32,000 bases of DNA from Promethearchaeota archaeon (GTDB lineage: Archaea; Asgardarchaeota; Lokiarchaeia; Sigyniarchaeales; Promethearchaeaceae): NCBI GenBank assembly GCA_016933055.1, contig JAFGBS010000002.1:150001-182000 (forward strand), written 5' to 3'. Position 1 is the first letter of the stretch. Each line of letters starts with the position of its first letter. Shown piece after piece: positions 9,245-18,771 of this stretch. The position numbers were made by a program, and so were the translations under genes. The notes beneath the pieces are model-generated. The model worked only from the letters and a program-made list of their open reading frames with translations. It was not told the origin of the DNA and ran no database searches.

Positions 9245-9793
9245 ATGTACACATGTGAACTATGTGGTGAGTTAACTGACCGGAAAATATTTCGAACCAT
9301 TGAAGGGGTAAAAATGTTGGTATGCCAAAATTGCAGCATGCTGGGAGAAAAGCCAAAATCGGAACAAAAACCCACACAAGTGCATAGAAAAACCCCTTCT
9401 TATTACTTAGATCAACCGCAATTTATACCACGTTCTACTACCAAGCCCGTTAAGAAAAATAAAGTCCCCCCACAAAGATCTAAAAATATACCAATTGATC
9501 GGTTGCAGTTAGTAGATAATTATCGAAATATCTTGAAAAAAATACGAAAGGATAATGACTTGGATCAGAATAAATTTGCAAATAGCGTGGGTATAACTCT
9601 TGCAAGTTATCGACATATTGAATCAGGTAAGTTAGATTTAACCATTCAAGAAGCGAAACGAATCGAGAAAAAATTTGACGTGAACCTCACAGAATTAATT
9701 TCGGACTTTGAAGAAGACACATATGACCAATATTTACATGGAAAATCCTCTCGAGCGACTCTCGGAGATGTCTATGTCAAACGGAAGAAATAA
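9245..9793 (+). CDS. mbf1: Archaeal multiprotein bridging factor 1 (Zn-ribbon + HTH)
   Basis: CELCG...CQNC ribbon, XRE-type HTH (IESGKL), C-terminal TLGD; flanked by pan and hflX, the known archaeal context. Confidence 0.9.
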   Translation: MYTCELCGELTDRKIFRTIEGVKMLVCQNCSMLGEKPKSEQKPTQVHRKTPSYYLDQPQFIPRSTTKPVKKNKVPPQRSKNIPIDRLQLVDNYRNILKKIRKDNDLDQNKFANSVGITLASYRHIESGKLDLTIQEAKRIEKKFDVNLTELISDFEEDTYDQYLHGKSSRATLGDVYVKRKK

Positions 9794-10994
9794 GATCGCC
9801 ATCGTGCTGCATGCACGTCACCCTACACTTCCCATATATGATAAAGAGGAATTTGAGGGATTAGCGAAAGCAGCGGGATATACAATCATAAAATGGTATT
9901 CTCAAAATTTGAAAAAAATCAACTCCAAATATCTTATCGGTGTTGGAAAACTAGAAGAGATAGTTCAGAACCAATCTGGAGATTTCGAAGGCCATCGGGA
10001 TGACTTTGCAACTCGAATAGAAAAGCGAAGAGAGGAAGACTTTGTTTATTTATTTTTGAACAGATTAAAACCTAATCAAATACGGAACTTGTCTGCCGTA
10101 TTGAAGACCAAAGTCATTGATCGGGATTTGTTGATCTTGGAAATATTCGAGGCTCATGCCACTACTCGTGAGGCAAACATCCAAATTAAGCTTGCACGGT
10201 TATTTTTAGAATCGACCCGAAAACAAAAAGAATTGTCGGATAAATTAGTAACTGAACGGCAAGGGCGGGATTTCATGGGCAAAGGATATGGTGCTTTTGA
10301 AGCTTATCGACGTTCTTTCAAAGAACAAAGAAAAAATTTGGTGAATGAATTAGAAGTGATACGTAAACAACGTGATCTTCGTAGAAATGCCCGTAGAGAT
10401 GTATATAATGTGTCAATTGTGGGGTATACCAATGCAGGGAAGACAACTCTATTAAATACGATGAAAGGGGCGGAATTAGATACTAAAGATAGCCCGTTTA
10501 CTACTGTTTCGAGTGTAACCCGAAATCTTACAGTGAACGGAGAAGAATTGACGATTTCGGATAGTGTTGGATTCGTTTATGACATTCCTCACGAAATTAT
10601 TGAAGCATTTTTGTCTACTTTAGAGGAAGTGGCTTTTGCAGATTGTATAATTCTCACACTGGATATATCTGATGCATTAGAAGAGATTTTCCAAAAATTA
10701 CAAACCACTTTTCAAGTACTAGTCAAAATTGGTGCATACAATATTCCTGTAGTGTATTTTATGAATAAAGTAGATAAACTTGATACGGAAACCTTCACGA
10801 GAAAACAAGCACAACTTTTGGAAATTATTCCAGAGGATTCAGTAATGTTTTTTGGATCCGCTTTAGAGGAGGAAACTGCCGAACAATTATGTCAAAAACT
10901 CTATGAGATTAAGAACTCTCTTACACCCTCAACACGAGTATTATCCCAAGAGTCCTTAAGTGCTATGGTTGAAAGAATTAAAGTTCTACTTTAA
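9774..10994 (+). CDS. hflX: Ribosome-associated GTPase HflX
   Basis: IDRDLLILEIF, EANIQIKLA, G1 GYTNAGKTT, G3 DSVGF, AFLSTLEE, G4 NKVD, G5 SA. ATG at 9774 overlaps the mbf1 end. Confidence 0.95.
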   Translation: MSNGRNKIAIVLHARHPTLPIYDKEEFEGLAKAAGYTIIKWYSQNLKKINSKYLIGVGKLEEIVQNQSGDFEGHRDDFATRIEKRREEDFVYLFLNRLKPNQIRNLSAVLKTKVIDRDLLILEIFEAHATTREANIQIKLARLFLESTRKQKELSDKLVTERQGRDFMGKGYGAFEAYRRSFKEQRKNLVNELEVIRKQRDLRRNARRDVYNVSIVGYTNAGKTTLLNTMKGAELDTKDSPFTTVSSVTRNLTVNGEELTISDSVGFVYDIPHEIIEAFLSTLEEVAFADCIILTLDISDALEEIFQKLQTTFQVLVKIGAYNIPVVYFMNKVDKLDTETFTRKQAQLLEIIPEDSVMFFGSALEEETAEQLCQKLYEIKNSLTPSTRVLSQESLSAMVERIKVLL

Positions 10995-11053
10995 ATGACC
11001 ATTGATTACTTTGTCATTTGAGATTCTGAATGCATAGTTTATAAAAAAAAAAA
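10993..11053. terminator. Candidate bidirectional terminator between convergent genes
   Basis: Inverted repeat AAATGAC (10993-10999) / GTCATTT (11013-11019) plus an A11 run at 11043-11053 (T11 on the minus strand). Confidence 0.4.
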
Positions 11054-11060
11054 TACAGTT

Positions 11061-11519
11061 TTATGCATTTACTCGCGAATATTGCCGAGCAAGACGTTTT
11101 ACATTCACTTTTCGCTTCAAGGGTGGCACATTCTGGTGATTTCTAAGAATGGTGTATAGTAAATAAAATCCGAGCGCCTCTACACCGATTACAATACAGT
11201 TTATCCAAAAATATGACATAGCAAGGCCAACCAGGGCACCAATCAAGGTGAGAACTGTCAAAAATACCACAGCACCTGGACCATCTCGTTTAACTTCTAA
11301 GTTTAAATACTCTAATATGATTGTTTCTAATCCTAAATAGATACGGTTAGCTATTAATGCCATAAAGAAAGCCCATCCGACCATAACTGCGGATGAAACT
11401 CCCAGCATGACAAAAGGATAATAAATAAGTGTAAAAGCAATTGTACCCACTGTAACATGCCCAATTGCTATTAAATCTAATACAGCCATTTCTTTTTGTA
11501 CAGTCACGGATGATGACAA
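11061..11519 (-). CDS. Membrane protein (about 4 TM), unknown function
   Basis: Four hydrophobic segments, basic C-tail; GGAGG 7 nt before the TTG start. Confidence 0.75.
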   Translation of the reverse strand: MSSSVTVQKEMAVLDLIAIGHVTVGTIAFTLIYYPFVMLGVSSAVMVGWAFFMALIANRIYLGLETIILEYLNLEVKRDGPGAVVFLTVLTLIGALVGLAMSYFWINCIVIGVEALGFYLLYTILRNHQNVPPLKRKVNVKRLARQYSRVNA

Positions 11520-11588
11520 TTTTTTCCCTCCTATCGGGTAATATGAAATGGATAGATATAGGCTTTTTAGACTCCATATGTTAGTAAT

Positions 11589-11876
11589 TCATAATGGAAT
11601 GGTCCATACATGCTTCTTTTTTCGTTTTCTCCCTTTTTTAACAAATATTAATGTAGGTTTATTCAAATTGGATAAAACTGACTTCGTGGAATACAGATCT
11701 GATATATCTTGCTCTATGAAGTGATTTTCATCATCTTCGATTTCGATGAGGATTTCGGAATCATGTTTCTTACTATGATCCTGTTCCATTGGGTTGTCTA
11801 TTTGGCTCTCTTTCATGTAGGTGGGGGAACTGTTGTTTCGGAAAGATTTTTTCTTTTTTGTAACCAAATGACTCAT
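11589..11876 (-). CDS. Small charged, probably disordered hypothetical protein
   Basis: 95 aa, fills the gap without overlap, GGAG upstream; no family recognised. Confidence 0.55.
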   Translation of the reverse strand: MSHLVTKKKKSFRNNSSPTYMKESQIDNPMEQDHSKKHDSEILIEIEDDENHFIEQDISDLYSTKSVLSNLNKPTLIFVKKGRKRKKKHVWTIPL

Positions 11877-12092
11877 ATTCCGTCTTTTTCTCCATTATAG
11901 AGGTATTTGAGCTATGTAAGAATTTTGATATAGCTCTATCCATTTTCTAATAAATATAGTTAGAGTGGCAATATAAATCCATCCTTATTGTTTTTTATGT
12001 TTTTTCCCGAAACTCTCCAAAATTTAGAGCTTTATATAGAATATTAGGGAAATTATTGTTTGTATAGGAACTTATCTAACTAATAAAGAATA

Positions 12093-12120
12093 TATCATAA
12101 TATTGATAGACCTTTATCAA
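12093..12120. promoter_or_regulatory. Candidate operator (overlapping TGATA/TATCA palindromes) upstream of the PadR-family gene
   Basis: TATCA-N6-TGATA (12093-12108) overlaps TTGATA-N6-TATCAA (12103-12120), 30-57 nt before the ORF. Confidence 0.4.
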
Positions 12121-12149
12121 AAAATAAAAATAAAAGCATCCAACTCTTA

Positions 12150-13052
12150 TTGATACACGTGTCCCTAGAAAAATCCCGAAGATTAAAACGAAAGGACGAG
12201 AAAGACAAAGAGATAAAACACCTCAATTGGCTGCAACAGAGAATTTTAGAATTATTGTGGGAACAAAGAGGGTTATACGGTCAAGAAATTGCCGATATCT
12301 TGTCATATAAACATGTCGATGAGGAAAAAATACGTTCTGGACAACTCTACCCTGCTTTACGAAGGCTCGAAAAAGTGGGACTGGTTAAATCTGAAGAGAA
12401 AAAAATCGAAAACATTAAACATGTGATTTACTCCATTACCAAATTGGGAGAAATTGAAATTCAAAAGCAATTCGCCATATTTTTTCATTTAATGGAGGTT
12501 AGCATTGGGAAAAAATTAACACAAATCCTTGAAAACCTTAATCAGAATTTAGATTTTTCCGATAAATTATGTGTGGATTTATCTAATCGTTTACTCGATC
12601 CAGTTACACTCAAATTAGCGGAATTTGTAAAACCCGATGGAAGATATATTATTCGCAAGGATAGTTATTTTGATGCAGACCTTTCAGAACTTCTAAAGAA
12701 AAGGATTATTACATTCAACCATCAACACGTTATTTCTGTAAAAGATCGAGATAAAATTACTAGTCGTAATGTGGATATCGCAATTGCTGTATTCACTCTT
12801 CACGAAGATGATTCTAATTGGATTTTACCGAAGATGAAAGAAATACTCCGAAACGACGGGTATGGGGTGATTATTGATTTAGTTGGTTTAGAGGATCATA
12901 TTATTGAGAAAATCGTATGTGAAAACTTATCCAACCATCAGAGGATAGGGATTGATGTGGAGGAAATGAAAGAGCAGCTGTCACGACATGGGTTTAATAT
13001 CATAAACGAGACTACTATAAACGGGATAATAACCCTAATCTTTCAAAATTAA
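12150..13052 (+). CDS. PadR-family winged-helix regulator fused to a methyltransferase-like domain
   Basis: ILELL...LYGQEI...GQLYPALRRLEKVGLVKS (PadR); the C-half has class I MTase topology (VDIAIAVFTLHE, ILRNDGYGVIID). Start uncertain (TTG 12150 or GTG 12159). Confidence 0.75.
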   Translation: MIHVSLEKSRRLKRKDEKDKEIKHLNWLQQRILELLWEQRGLYGQEIADILSYKHVDEEKIRSGQLYPALRRLEKVGLVKSEEKKIENIKHVIYSITKLGEIEIQKQFAIFFHLMEVSIGKKLTQILENLNQNLDFSDKLCVDLSNRLLDPVTLKLAEFVKPDGRYIIRKDSYFDADLSELLKKRIITFNHQHVISVKDRDKITSRNVDIAIAVFTLHEDDSNWILPKMKEILRNDGYGVIIDLVGLEDHIIEKIVCENLSNHQRIGIDVEEMKEQLSRHGFNIINETTINGIITLIFQN

Positions 13053-13095
13053 GACTAGAAGATCTGCATTGTATAAAAACGAGAAAGTTTTTCAT

Positions 13096-13623
13096 ATGTC
13101 AGTTAAGTTTCGAATAGCAACTATTGAAGACATTTATGCAATCTCATCTGTTCATGTTAAGAGTTGGCAATCTACTTATCTGGATATTTTTCCCGCAGAA
13201 CAATTGAATGCGGTTTCGATCGAACAAGTTGCAGATAACTGGACCAAAATAATTAAGATCCAAAACAAGAAATCCATTGTCTATGTTGCGGATGATTCTG
13301 TGGCTGGAATTGTTGGATTCCTAAAGGGCGGAAAACCTGAGGATTTGTCTTCATATGATTGTGAGATCAGTGCCATTTATATCCTGCGTGAATTCCAACG
13401 AAAAGGTATAGGGCGTCAATTAGTACGAAAAGCTATAGAATATTTCATCTCACAACAATGGAAAACTATGATTGTGTGGACTTTGATAAATAACCCCTAT
13501 CGAAGGTTCTATGATCTGTTAGGGGGAGAACCTCGAGAAACTAAAAACTATAAAAAATGGAATACAAATCATGAATTGATCGGATACACGTGGGAGAACA
13601 TACAAGAAATATTGGTTTCCTAA
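13096..13623 (+). CDS. GNAT-family N-acetyltransferase
   Basis: VHVKSWQSTY, IVGF, EISAIYILREFQRKGIGRQL, RRFYDLLGG. ATG 13096 preferred over TTG 13069. Confidence 0.92.
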   Translation: MSVKFRIATIEDIYAISSVHVKSWQSTYLDIFPAEQLNAVSIEQVADNWTKIIKIQNKKSIVYVADDSVAGIVGFLKGGKPEDLSSYDCEISAIYILREFQRKGIGRQLVRKAIEYFISQQWKTMIVWTLINNPYRRFYDLLGGEPRETKNYKKWNTNHELIGYTWENIQEILVS

Positions 13624-13713
13624 TAATTCTAAAAAATCACGCAAATACTTTTTAAAATCCATGGTATAAACGAATTACAAGAACTTATTTTCCAATCTGA
13701 TTTTGATCCTTAT

Positions 13714-14304
13714 ATGTTTCACAATATTTCCCAAAAAATTCTGTCCCGCATGACCTATTTAGAAGGTTTAGATACTCTTGAACGGGAAAATGGAACTGCT
13801 CGTGAAAAGCGATTGCGACAAATTGTACCGGAAACGGGTAAATTTATTACACTATTAGCAAGAATTGCTCCCACTGGTCGACTTATCGAAATCGGCACTA
13901 GTGCAGCATATTCGACATTGTGGTTGTCTTTAGCAGCAAAAGAACGGGGACAAAAAATCGAGACATTTGAAAACAATATTGAAAAATATAATCTTGCATT
14001 AGAAACAGTAAAAGTGACCGAGACACAGGAACATATTGATATTAATTTTGCAAACGCTTTGGAAATCATGTCTACATTCCGAGATATCGCATTCTGTTTT
14101 TTGGATGCTGAAAAATGGGATTATAATGAATACTATAAATCGTTAATCCCCCACTTGGTAAGTGGAGGTATACTCGCTGTAGATAATGTAATCAGCCATT
14201 ATGAAGAAGCGAGACCTATGTTGAATAGAGCACTTCAAGACCCTCTAGTGGATAGCGTTATAATTCCCATCGGAAGGGGTATTCTTATGAGCCGAAAAAT
14301 ATGA
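13714..14304 (+). CDS. Class I SAM-dependent O-methyltransferase (caffeoyl-CoA OMT-like)
   Basis: IVPETGKF, IEIGTSAAYSTLWL, FLDAEK, GGILAVDNV, IPIGRG. Confidence 0.9.
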   Translation: MFHNISQKILSRMTYLEGLDTLERENGTAREKRLRQIVPETGKFITLLARIAPTGRLIEIGTSAAYSTLWLSLAAKERGQKIETFENNIEKYNLALETVKVTETQEHIDINFANALEIMSTFRDIAFCFLDAEKWDYNEYYKSLIPHLVSGGILAVDNVISHYEEARPMLNRALQDPLVDSVIIPIGRGILMSRKI

Positions 14305-14411
14305 TTTGATGGTTATTTCCTACATTTTTCTCAAATGTTCACTATTCAACAGCTGATACTTTTAGGATTCCGTTGCTTTGATAATAACTATAGATCTATA
14401 GGAGCTATAAA

Positions 14412-15068
14412 ATGTCACAAAAAGTTAATGCTAATGGATTACGATGGATGATTTGGACTATTATCATCATCATCATTATTACCATTGGGCTTGCATGGGT
14501 TTTTTACTCTTTGAGAGAACCCTATGAATTTTTCCAGGAAACCATCTCCATGTTAGGAGGACTACATACTGAAAATGGATATAACAATTTTCCATCTTAT
14601 GCAATTTTTACATTCGGGTTTTTGTCAGTGTCCGTGTTGGCTTTGGTTACGGGAATTGTCTACATAACAAATTACGTAGATTTTAATTATGCGATCTTTA
14701 AAGGCGTGTTAATGATTTTTATCGCTGTTGGTACATTCGGAACAGCTATAATGTATGATTTATTTCGATTAATCCATGGAATCGGTGCATTTGTGTTTAT
14801 CACCGCATTTGGGATATTTAATTTCGTCTGTCAAGTACTGCGTTTCGTTAGGAAACATGCAGAGAAACCAACGACACGAAAATGGGATTACTATGTCGAT
14901 TTTATCATGGTTATTATATTATTTATTACAATTGCAGCCCATTTCATGTTCACAGGAATGTACGAGTTTTTGGACATGTTCTCACGAATCTATGTCGCAA
15001 GCTCACAGAAGGTTTTACTTATTGTAATTATCATTACCGTGTTTTTCCTCGACCGAGACGATATGTAG
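14412..15068 (+). CDS. Multi-pass membrane protein, DUF998 / Frag1-DRAM-Sfk1-like (paralog 1)
   Basis: About 6 TM; TISMLG, HGIGAFVF, SQK near the C-terminus. Family assignment is recalled, not searched. Confidence 0.6.
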   Translation: MSQKVNANGLRWMIWTIIIIIIITIGLAWVFYSLREPYEFFQETISMLGGLHTENGYNNFPSYAIFTFGFLSVSVLALVTGIVYITNYVDFNYAIFKGVLMIFIAVGTFGTAIMYDLFRLIHGIGAFVFITAFGIFNFVCQVLRFVRKHAEKPTTRKWDYYVDFIMVIILFITIAAHFMFTGMYEFLDMFSRIYVASSQKVLLIVIIITVFFLDRDDM

Positions 15069-15148
15069 GTAGTCCTTTTTTTTCTATCTTGTGTATTTTC
15101 AGTCGAGTAGTAACTATTTTATAGGTCTTTAATCAATACACACTTATA

Positions 15149-15838
15149 ATGTCTTCAAATCATCCTTGGATCACTTCAAGAGGTATGCGATGGGTATTTT
15201 GGAGCCTAGTTTTTTTGCTCCTTCTGACTATTGGTTTATGCATAGCCTTTTATCCCGAACCATATCAATTTTTTAAACAAACTATCAGTTCTCTGGGGGA
15301 AATTACTAGTTGGCCCAGCGGTCTTCCGAATCCCATTTCACAATGGATTTTTACAATAGGATTTTCTCTGTTAGGAATTGGGACGTTATTTATGATGATA
15401 GGCTATATTAATGTTAAAGGATTTTATTGTCCCAGTCTTAAAGTTCTATTTTTATTCGTGTTTTTCTTTGGAACGGTTGGAACAGCTTTCCCTTCAGATC
15501 ATCCCAATCCCACTTTTCGAATGTATCATTTTATTGGTGCAGCCTTGTTTGTTACGGGTTTTGGATTATTCAACTTTATCGCACAATTGCTTCGATTTAT
15601 TCGAAAGCACGTACCAAAACCAGCCGATAAAAAACTAAAGATAGATTATTATATTGATCTAATTTTCGTGATTTTGGTGTTCGTTGCGATAGTTTGGTAT
15701 CTATTATCTGGTTTATTCGAAATGTTAGGTATTATAACACCATGGGTAGTACTGATATTCAATTTATATGTCTCTCAAAAAATATTGCTCATTGTGGGAT
15801 GTATTGCAGCATTTCTTCTTGATCTGGATGATATGTAA
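15149..15838 (+). CDS. Multi-pass membrane protein, DUF998 / Frag1-DRAM-Sfk1-like (paralog 2)
   Basis: TISSLG, HFIGAALF, SQK; collinear with 14412-15068. Confidence 0.6.
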   Translation: MSSNHPWITSRGMRWVFWSLVFLLLLTIGLCIAFYPEPYQFFKQTISSLGEITSWPSGLPNPISQWIFTIGFSLLGIGTLFMMIGYINVKGFYCPSLKVLFLFVFFFGTVGTAFPSDHPNPTFRMYHFIGAALFVTGFGLFNFIAQLLRFIRKHVPKPADKKLKIDYYIDLIFVILVFVAIVWYLLSGLFEMLGIITPWVVLIFNLYVSQKILLIVGCIAAFLLDLDDM

Positions 15839-15906
15839 TCCAATCAATTTTTCTCGTTCATTCAAGTTACTTAGGTAAAAGGACTAATACTGTTATGGAA
15901 ATATAG

Positions 15907-16914
15907 GTGTTTATTATGGAAAATGGAAATCCTCCTATCATAACCAAAGATTTTGAAATGTATGAACCAGTTCTAATTCGTAATCCATGGTTAGGTGTCA
16001 TATTAGTGATGGTGTTTTATTTTCTCTTCCAACTCATACCTCAAGTTATTTTAGGATTAGTAGTTCAACCAATCTTTTTTGTTCTATACCCTTATGTTCC
16101 ACGAATTATTGAGTTTATATCTTTAGGGATTTTGTTATTGGTACTGATTCCTTTTGTATTTCGAATTCCGAACAATAATCAATCGTATGTGGAATACATG
16201 AAGGATATTAAAGTATCCACTACGAACGTCAAAGCGATTTTTGTGGGATTGATCACCATAGCGGTTGTATTTGTTTTAGGCTATGGTGCAGTATATCTGA
16301 GTGCAGTATTGTCAAAAATATATCTTGTCGAATGGAGAGGGTATAGTGAATTAATACCTATTGAACCTAAAGTGAATTGGGATCCGACTTATTTATTGGA
16401 TCCTTATGCATCCATGAATATATATTACGCTTTAACTCCAGGTATTATGGAAGAACTGGCATTTCGGGGAATTATACTTAGTTTATTATTAAAAAAATAT
16501 AAAACCAAAACTGCTGTGGTGATAGATGGAGTACTATTTGGATTATATCACCTTTTGAATCTTTTATTTCCGACTATATACTATCTTTCTGGTGTAGAGG
16601 GTTGGACGCGCACGCTATACTTTGCAACCGTTCAGAGTGTAGCATTCCAAGTTGTATATGCCACTAGTTTAGGAATAGCATGGGCTTTGCTTTTTGTGAA
16701 ATCCAATAGCATTATTTCATGCATTCTCGGGCATTATCTAATTGATGCATTGGGAAATTTAGTGTTAATCCCGACGATAGCTTACTCATGGATATATTTT
16801 ATTTCCATTACAATATTGGGAATAGGTATTCTTCCAGCAATAATCGATATCCTTATAATCAATGTGTTTTATCGGAAAAAAGCTACTTCCCAATATCCAA
16901 CTTATTCGATTTAG
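15907..16914 (+). CDS. CPBP (CAAX protease / Abi) intramembrane metalloprotease
   Basis: GIMEELAFRG (EExxxR), LFGLYHL (FxxxH), GHYLID (HxxxD). Confidence 0.9.
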   Translation: MFIMENGNPPIITKDFEMYEPVLIRNPWLGVILVMVFYFLFQLIPQVILGLVVQPIFFVLYPYVPRIIEFISLGILLLVLIPFVFRIPNNNQSYVEYMKDIKVSTTNVKAIFVGLITIAVVFVLGYGAVYLSAVLSKIYLVEWRGYSELIPIEPKVNWDPTYLLDPYASMNIYYALTPGIMEELAFRGIILSLLLKKYKTKTAVVIDGVLFGLYHLLNLLFPTIYYLSGVEGWTRTLYFATVQSVAFQVVYATSLGIAWALLFVKSNSIISCILGHYLIDALGNLVLIPTIAYSWIYFISITILGIGILPAIIDILIINVFYRKKATSQYPTYSI

Positions 16915-16955
16915 CTATTTTTTTTCTAATTTTATTCCCTTTGACGAAAGTACCC

Positions 16956-17957
16956 TTAATTCTTTTTTATTCCTTGCAATCGTTCCAATTTTTCTATTCT
17001 GGAAGAAAATGGCTGTAGGTTCACCAAAATATCAGGGTAGGGTCGAAAATAAGTTTGGGAGTGTAAATATTCTTCCTCAAAGCGTATGATCCAATTACGA
17101 ATAATATGCAAGCATACACTTAATGGAAAGACCCCGTGACGAAAAGCTTCAATCTCCTCAATAAAGAATTGTTTTTCTTCGCTTCCGATTTTTTCTTTGA
17201 AATAGCCTAGTGCATGATAGAGTACATTTATGTTTTGGGTATACCGTGGCATATTGGATAAGGTTTTCAGAAGTAAGATTTCGTAATCCGCATAAATTTC
17301 TTCTATAGATTGCTTATCTTGGTTTGCAACTAATCGACCCATTAATCGCATTAAGTTTTGATCATATGCCATCAGCTGAAATTTATGTCTAGAATGATAA
17401 TCTATGAGATTTTGAATCGTCTTATCAGATTTGATCTCCCGAAATGCAGCTATAGTATAGATTTGCGTGATAAAATGTTCCCAAATTGCGGGATTTTCTA
17501 GACGATACTCATCAACAATCGGATACTCACCAAATGTATCTATTAGAATCCCTCCAAAGACGCCTGCAGATTTATCTCGGACATCTGCTTTATGAGAACC
17601 ACTATAAAGTTTTACTCCATCATATCCACAAGAAGGACTTTTGCCCTTCAGAATAAATCCGTCAATTTCGGGGAATTCAGATAACAAATTCTTTGAATAT
17701 TCAATCATTTTTTCAGTATAATCATTTTCGGTTGCAGGTTGGACTAGACGAATGGTTTTATCTATTTCCACAAGGCGAAGAGAGTCTCGAGGAACGCCCA
17801 ATCCAATCTCTTTCTCGGGGCAGTTAGTAACAAATTCGCACACTGATTTTAACCGATCTACTTTTTCACTACTGATAATTCCCGCGTTCCATCTGCAATA
17901 GTCAAAAGTAATGCAACGGGAGCAGAATAATTGCGGAGTCGGAAAACTATTACTCAT
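16956..17957 (-). CDS. DUF523 + DUF1722 fusion (YbgA-like)
   Basis: SRC...RWNA, CPEKEIGLGVPR, FILKGKSPSCG (DUF523); YHSRHKFQLMAYD, NVLYHALGYFK, YLHSQTYFRPYP (DUF1722). Confidence 0.88.
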   Translation of the reverse strand: MSNSFPTPQLFCSRCITFDYCRWNAGIISSEKVDRLKSVCEFVTNCPEKEIGLGVPRDSLRLVEIDKTIRLVQPATENDYTEKMIEYSKNLLSEFPEIDGFILKGKSPSCGYDGVKLYSGSHKADVRDKSAGVFGGILIDTFGEYPIVDEYRLENPAIWEHFITQIYTIAAFREIKSDKTIQNLIDYHSRHKFQLMAYDQNLMRLMGRLVANQDKQSIEEIYADYEILLLKTLSNMPRYTQNINVLYHALGYFKEKIGSEEKQFFIEEIEAFRHGVFPLSVCLHIIRNWIIRFEEEYLHSQTYFRPYPDILVNLQPFSSRIEKLERLQGIKKN

Positions 17958-18249
17958 ATTTCTTACATATACCTACCATGAAAAATAAAGCGACGGTTGT
18001 CAGAAATAAGTACCAATAATGATTCTTCGACAAAATGTTGCGAATTATATTTTTCAGTTACCATCTTATAGTGATAGTATTATGATTTTACTTTTTGCGG
18101 TTTCGGTTAGTTTTTCCCATGCAATGTTCATGCTTTCAAGAGATCCAAAACCCATTTCTAAATTTTCATTTTGGACATATTTTGATAAGAATTAATAGTC
18201 ATTTTATAGACCATATAAATTTTGAATAAATCTGTGGCATAAACTCAAA

Positions 18250-18669
18250 CTATGAAGGAGTAGTAAAGTTATTTCTTTTCATTTCTAGATCATGATGGAG
18301 TTTATCACATCTTCGGTACCATAGTTTTACATATTCCTCATGGGGAACAATTCTGGGTAATAAATCTAAGACAGTATGTATTCCCTCATCTAAACACCAT
18401 TGAACACATACTTCATAGGCTTCCCAGTCCAATTCTTCATATTCCCAATAAACTGGTATGGTTTTTTTGTCAAGCAGGTATAAAGCAAGAGCACGTGTGT
18501 GACCATCAACGAATATTGTTTTCCCATGTAGATTTTTAATTGGAATCGGCTCCTCCAGCATAGGTTTCATAGAATCTAGCCTATTTTGAATTTTTTGCAG
18601 TTTTTGTTCACTAATATATAATTGACTAGGTTGAATCTTGACTGTCTGTATTGGAAAAATCTCTACCAT
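18250..18669 (-). CDS. ParB/sulfiredoxin-like fold protein
   Basis: IQPSQLYIS...PIPI...VDGHTRALA resembles the ParB/Srx DGHxR motif. Confidence 0.6.
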   Translation of the reverse strand: MVEIFPIQTVKIQPSQLYISEQKLQKIQNRLDSMKPMLEEPIPIKNLHGKTIFVDGHTRALALYLLDKKTIPVYWEYEELDWEAYEVCVQWCLDEGIHTVLDLLPRIVPHEEYVKLWYRRCDKLHHDLEMKRNNFTTPS

Positions 18670-18771
18670 ATATGATAATAAGGAATTCTTTATTCATTAG
18701 ATTTATTGCATAAAAAATATTGTTAAGAAAAAATTTAATAGTATTAATTTGCTTTAACTGAATGATGTCTG

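Noticed and set aside
11061-11876. ORFs 11589-11876 and 11061-11519 are in the same frame, separated by one TGA (11589-11591) and 23 sense codons; possible selenocysteine or readthrough, since Lokiarchaeia are known to use Sec.
   Set aside because: No redox motif around the TGA, the downstream ORF has its own GGAGG before TTG, and the downstream hairpin is a plain Watson-Crick stem without a SECIS GA quartet. Chance in-frame adjacency is plausible.
11909-11936. Inverted repeat GAGCTAT-N14-ATAGCTC.
   Set aside because: Single short occurrence with no supporting context; could be chance.
17958-18249. The largest intergenic gap; contains 29- and 33-codon minus-strand mini-ORFs.
   Set aside because: No recognisable motif, RNA structure or repeat; cannot support a gene or ncRNA.
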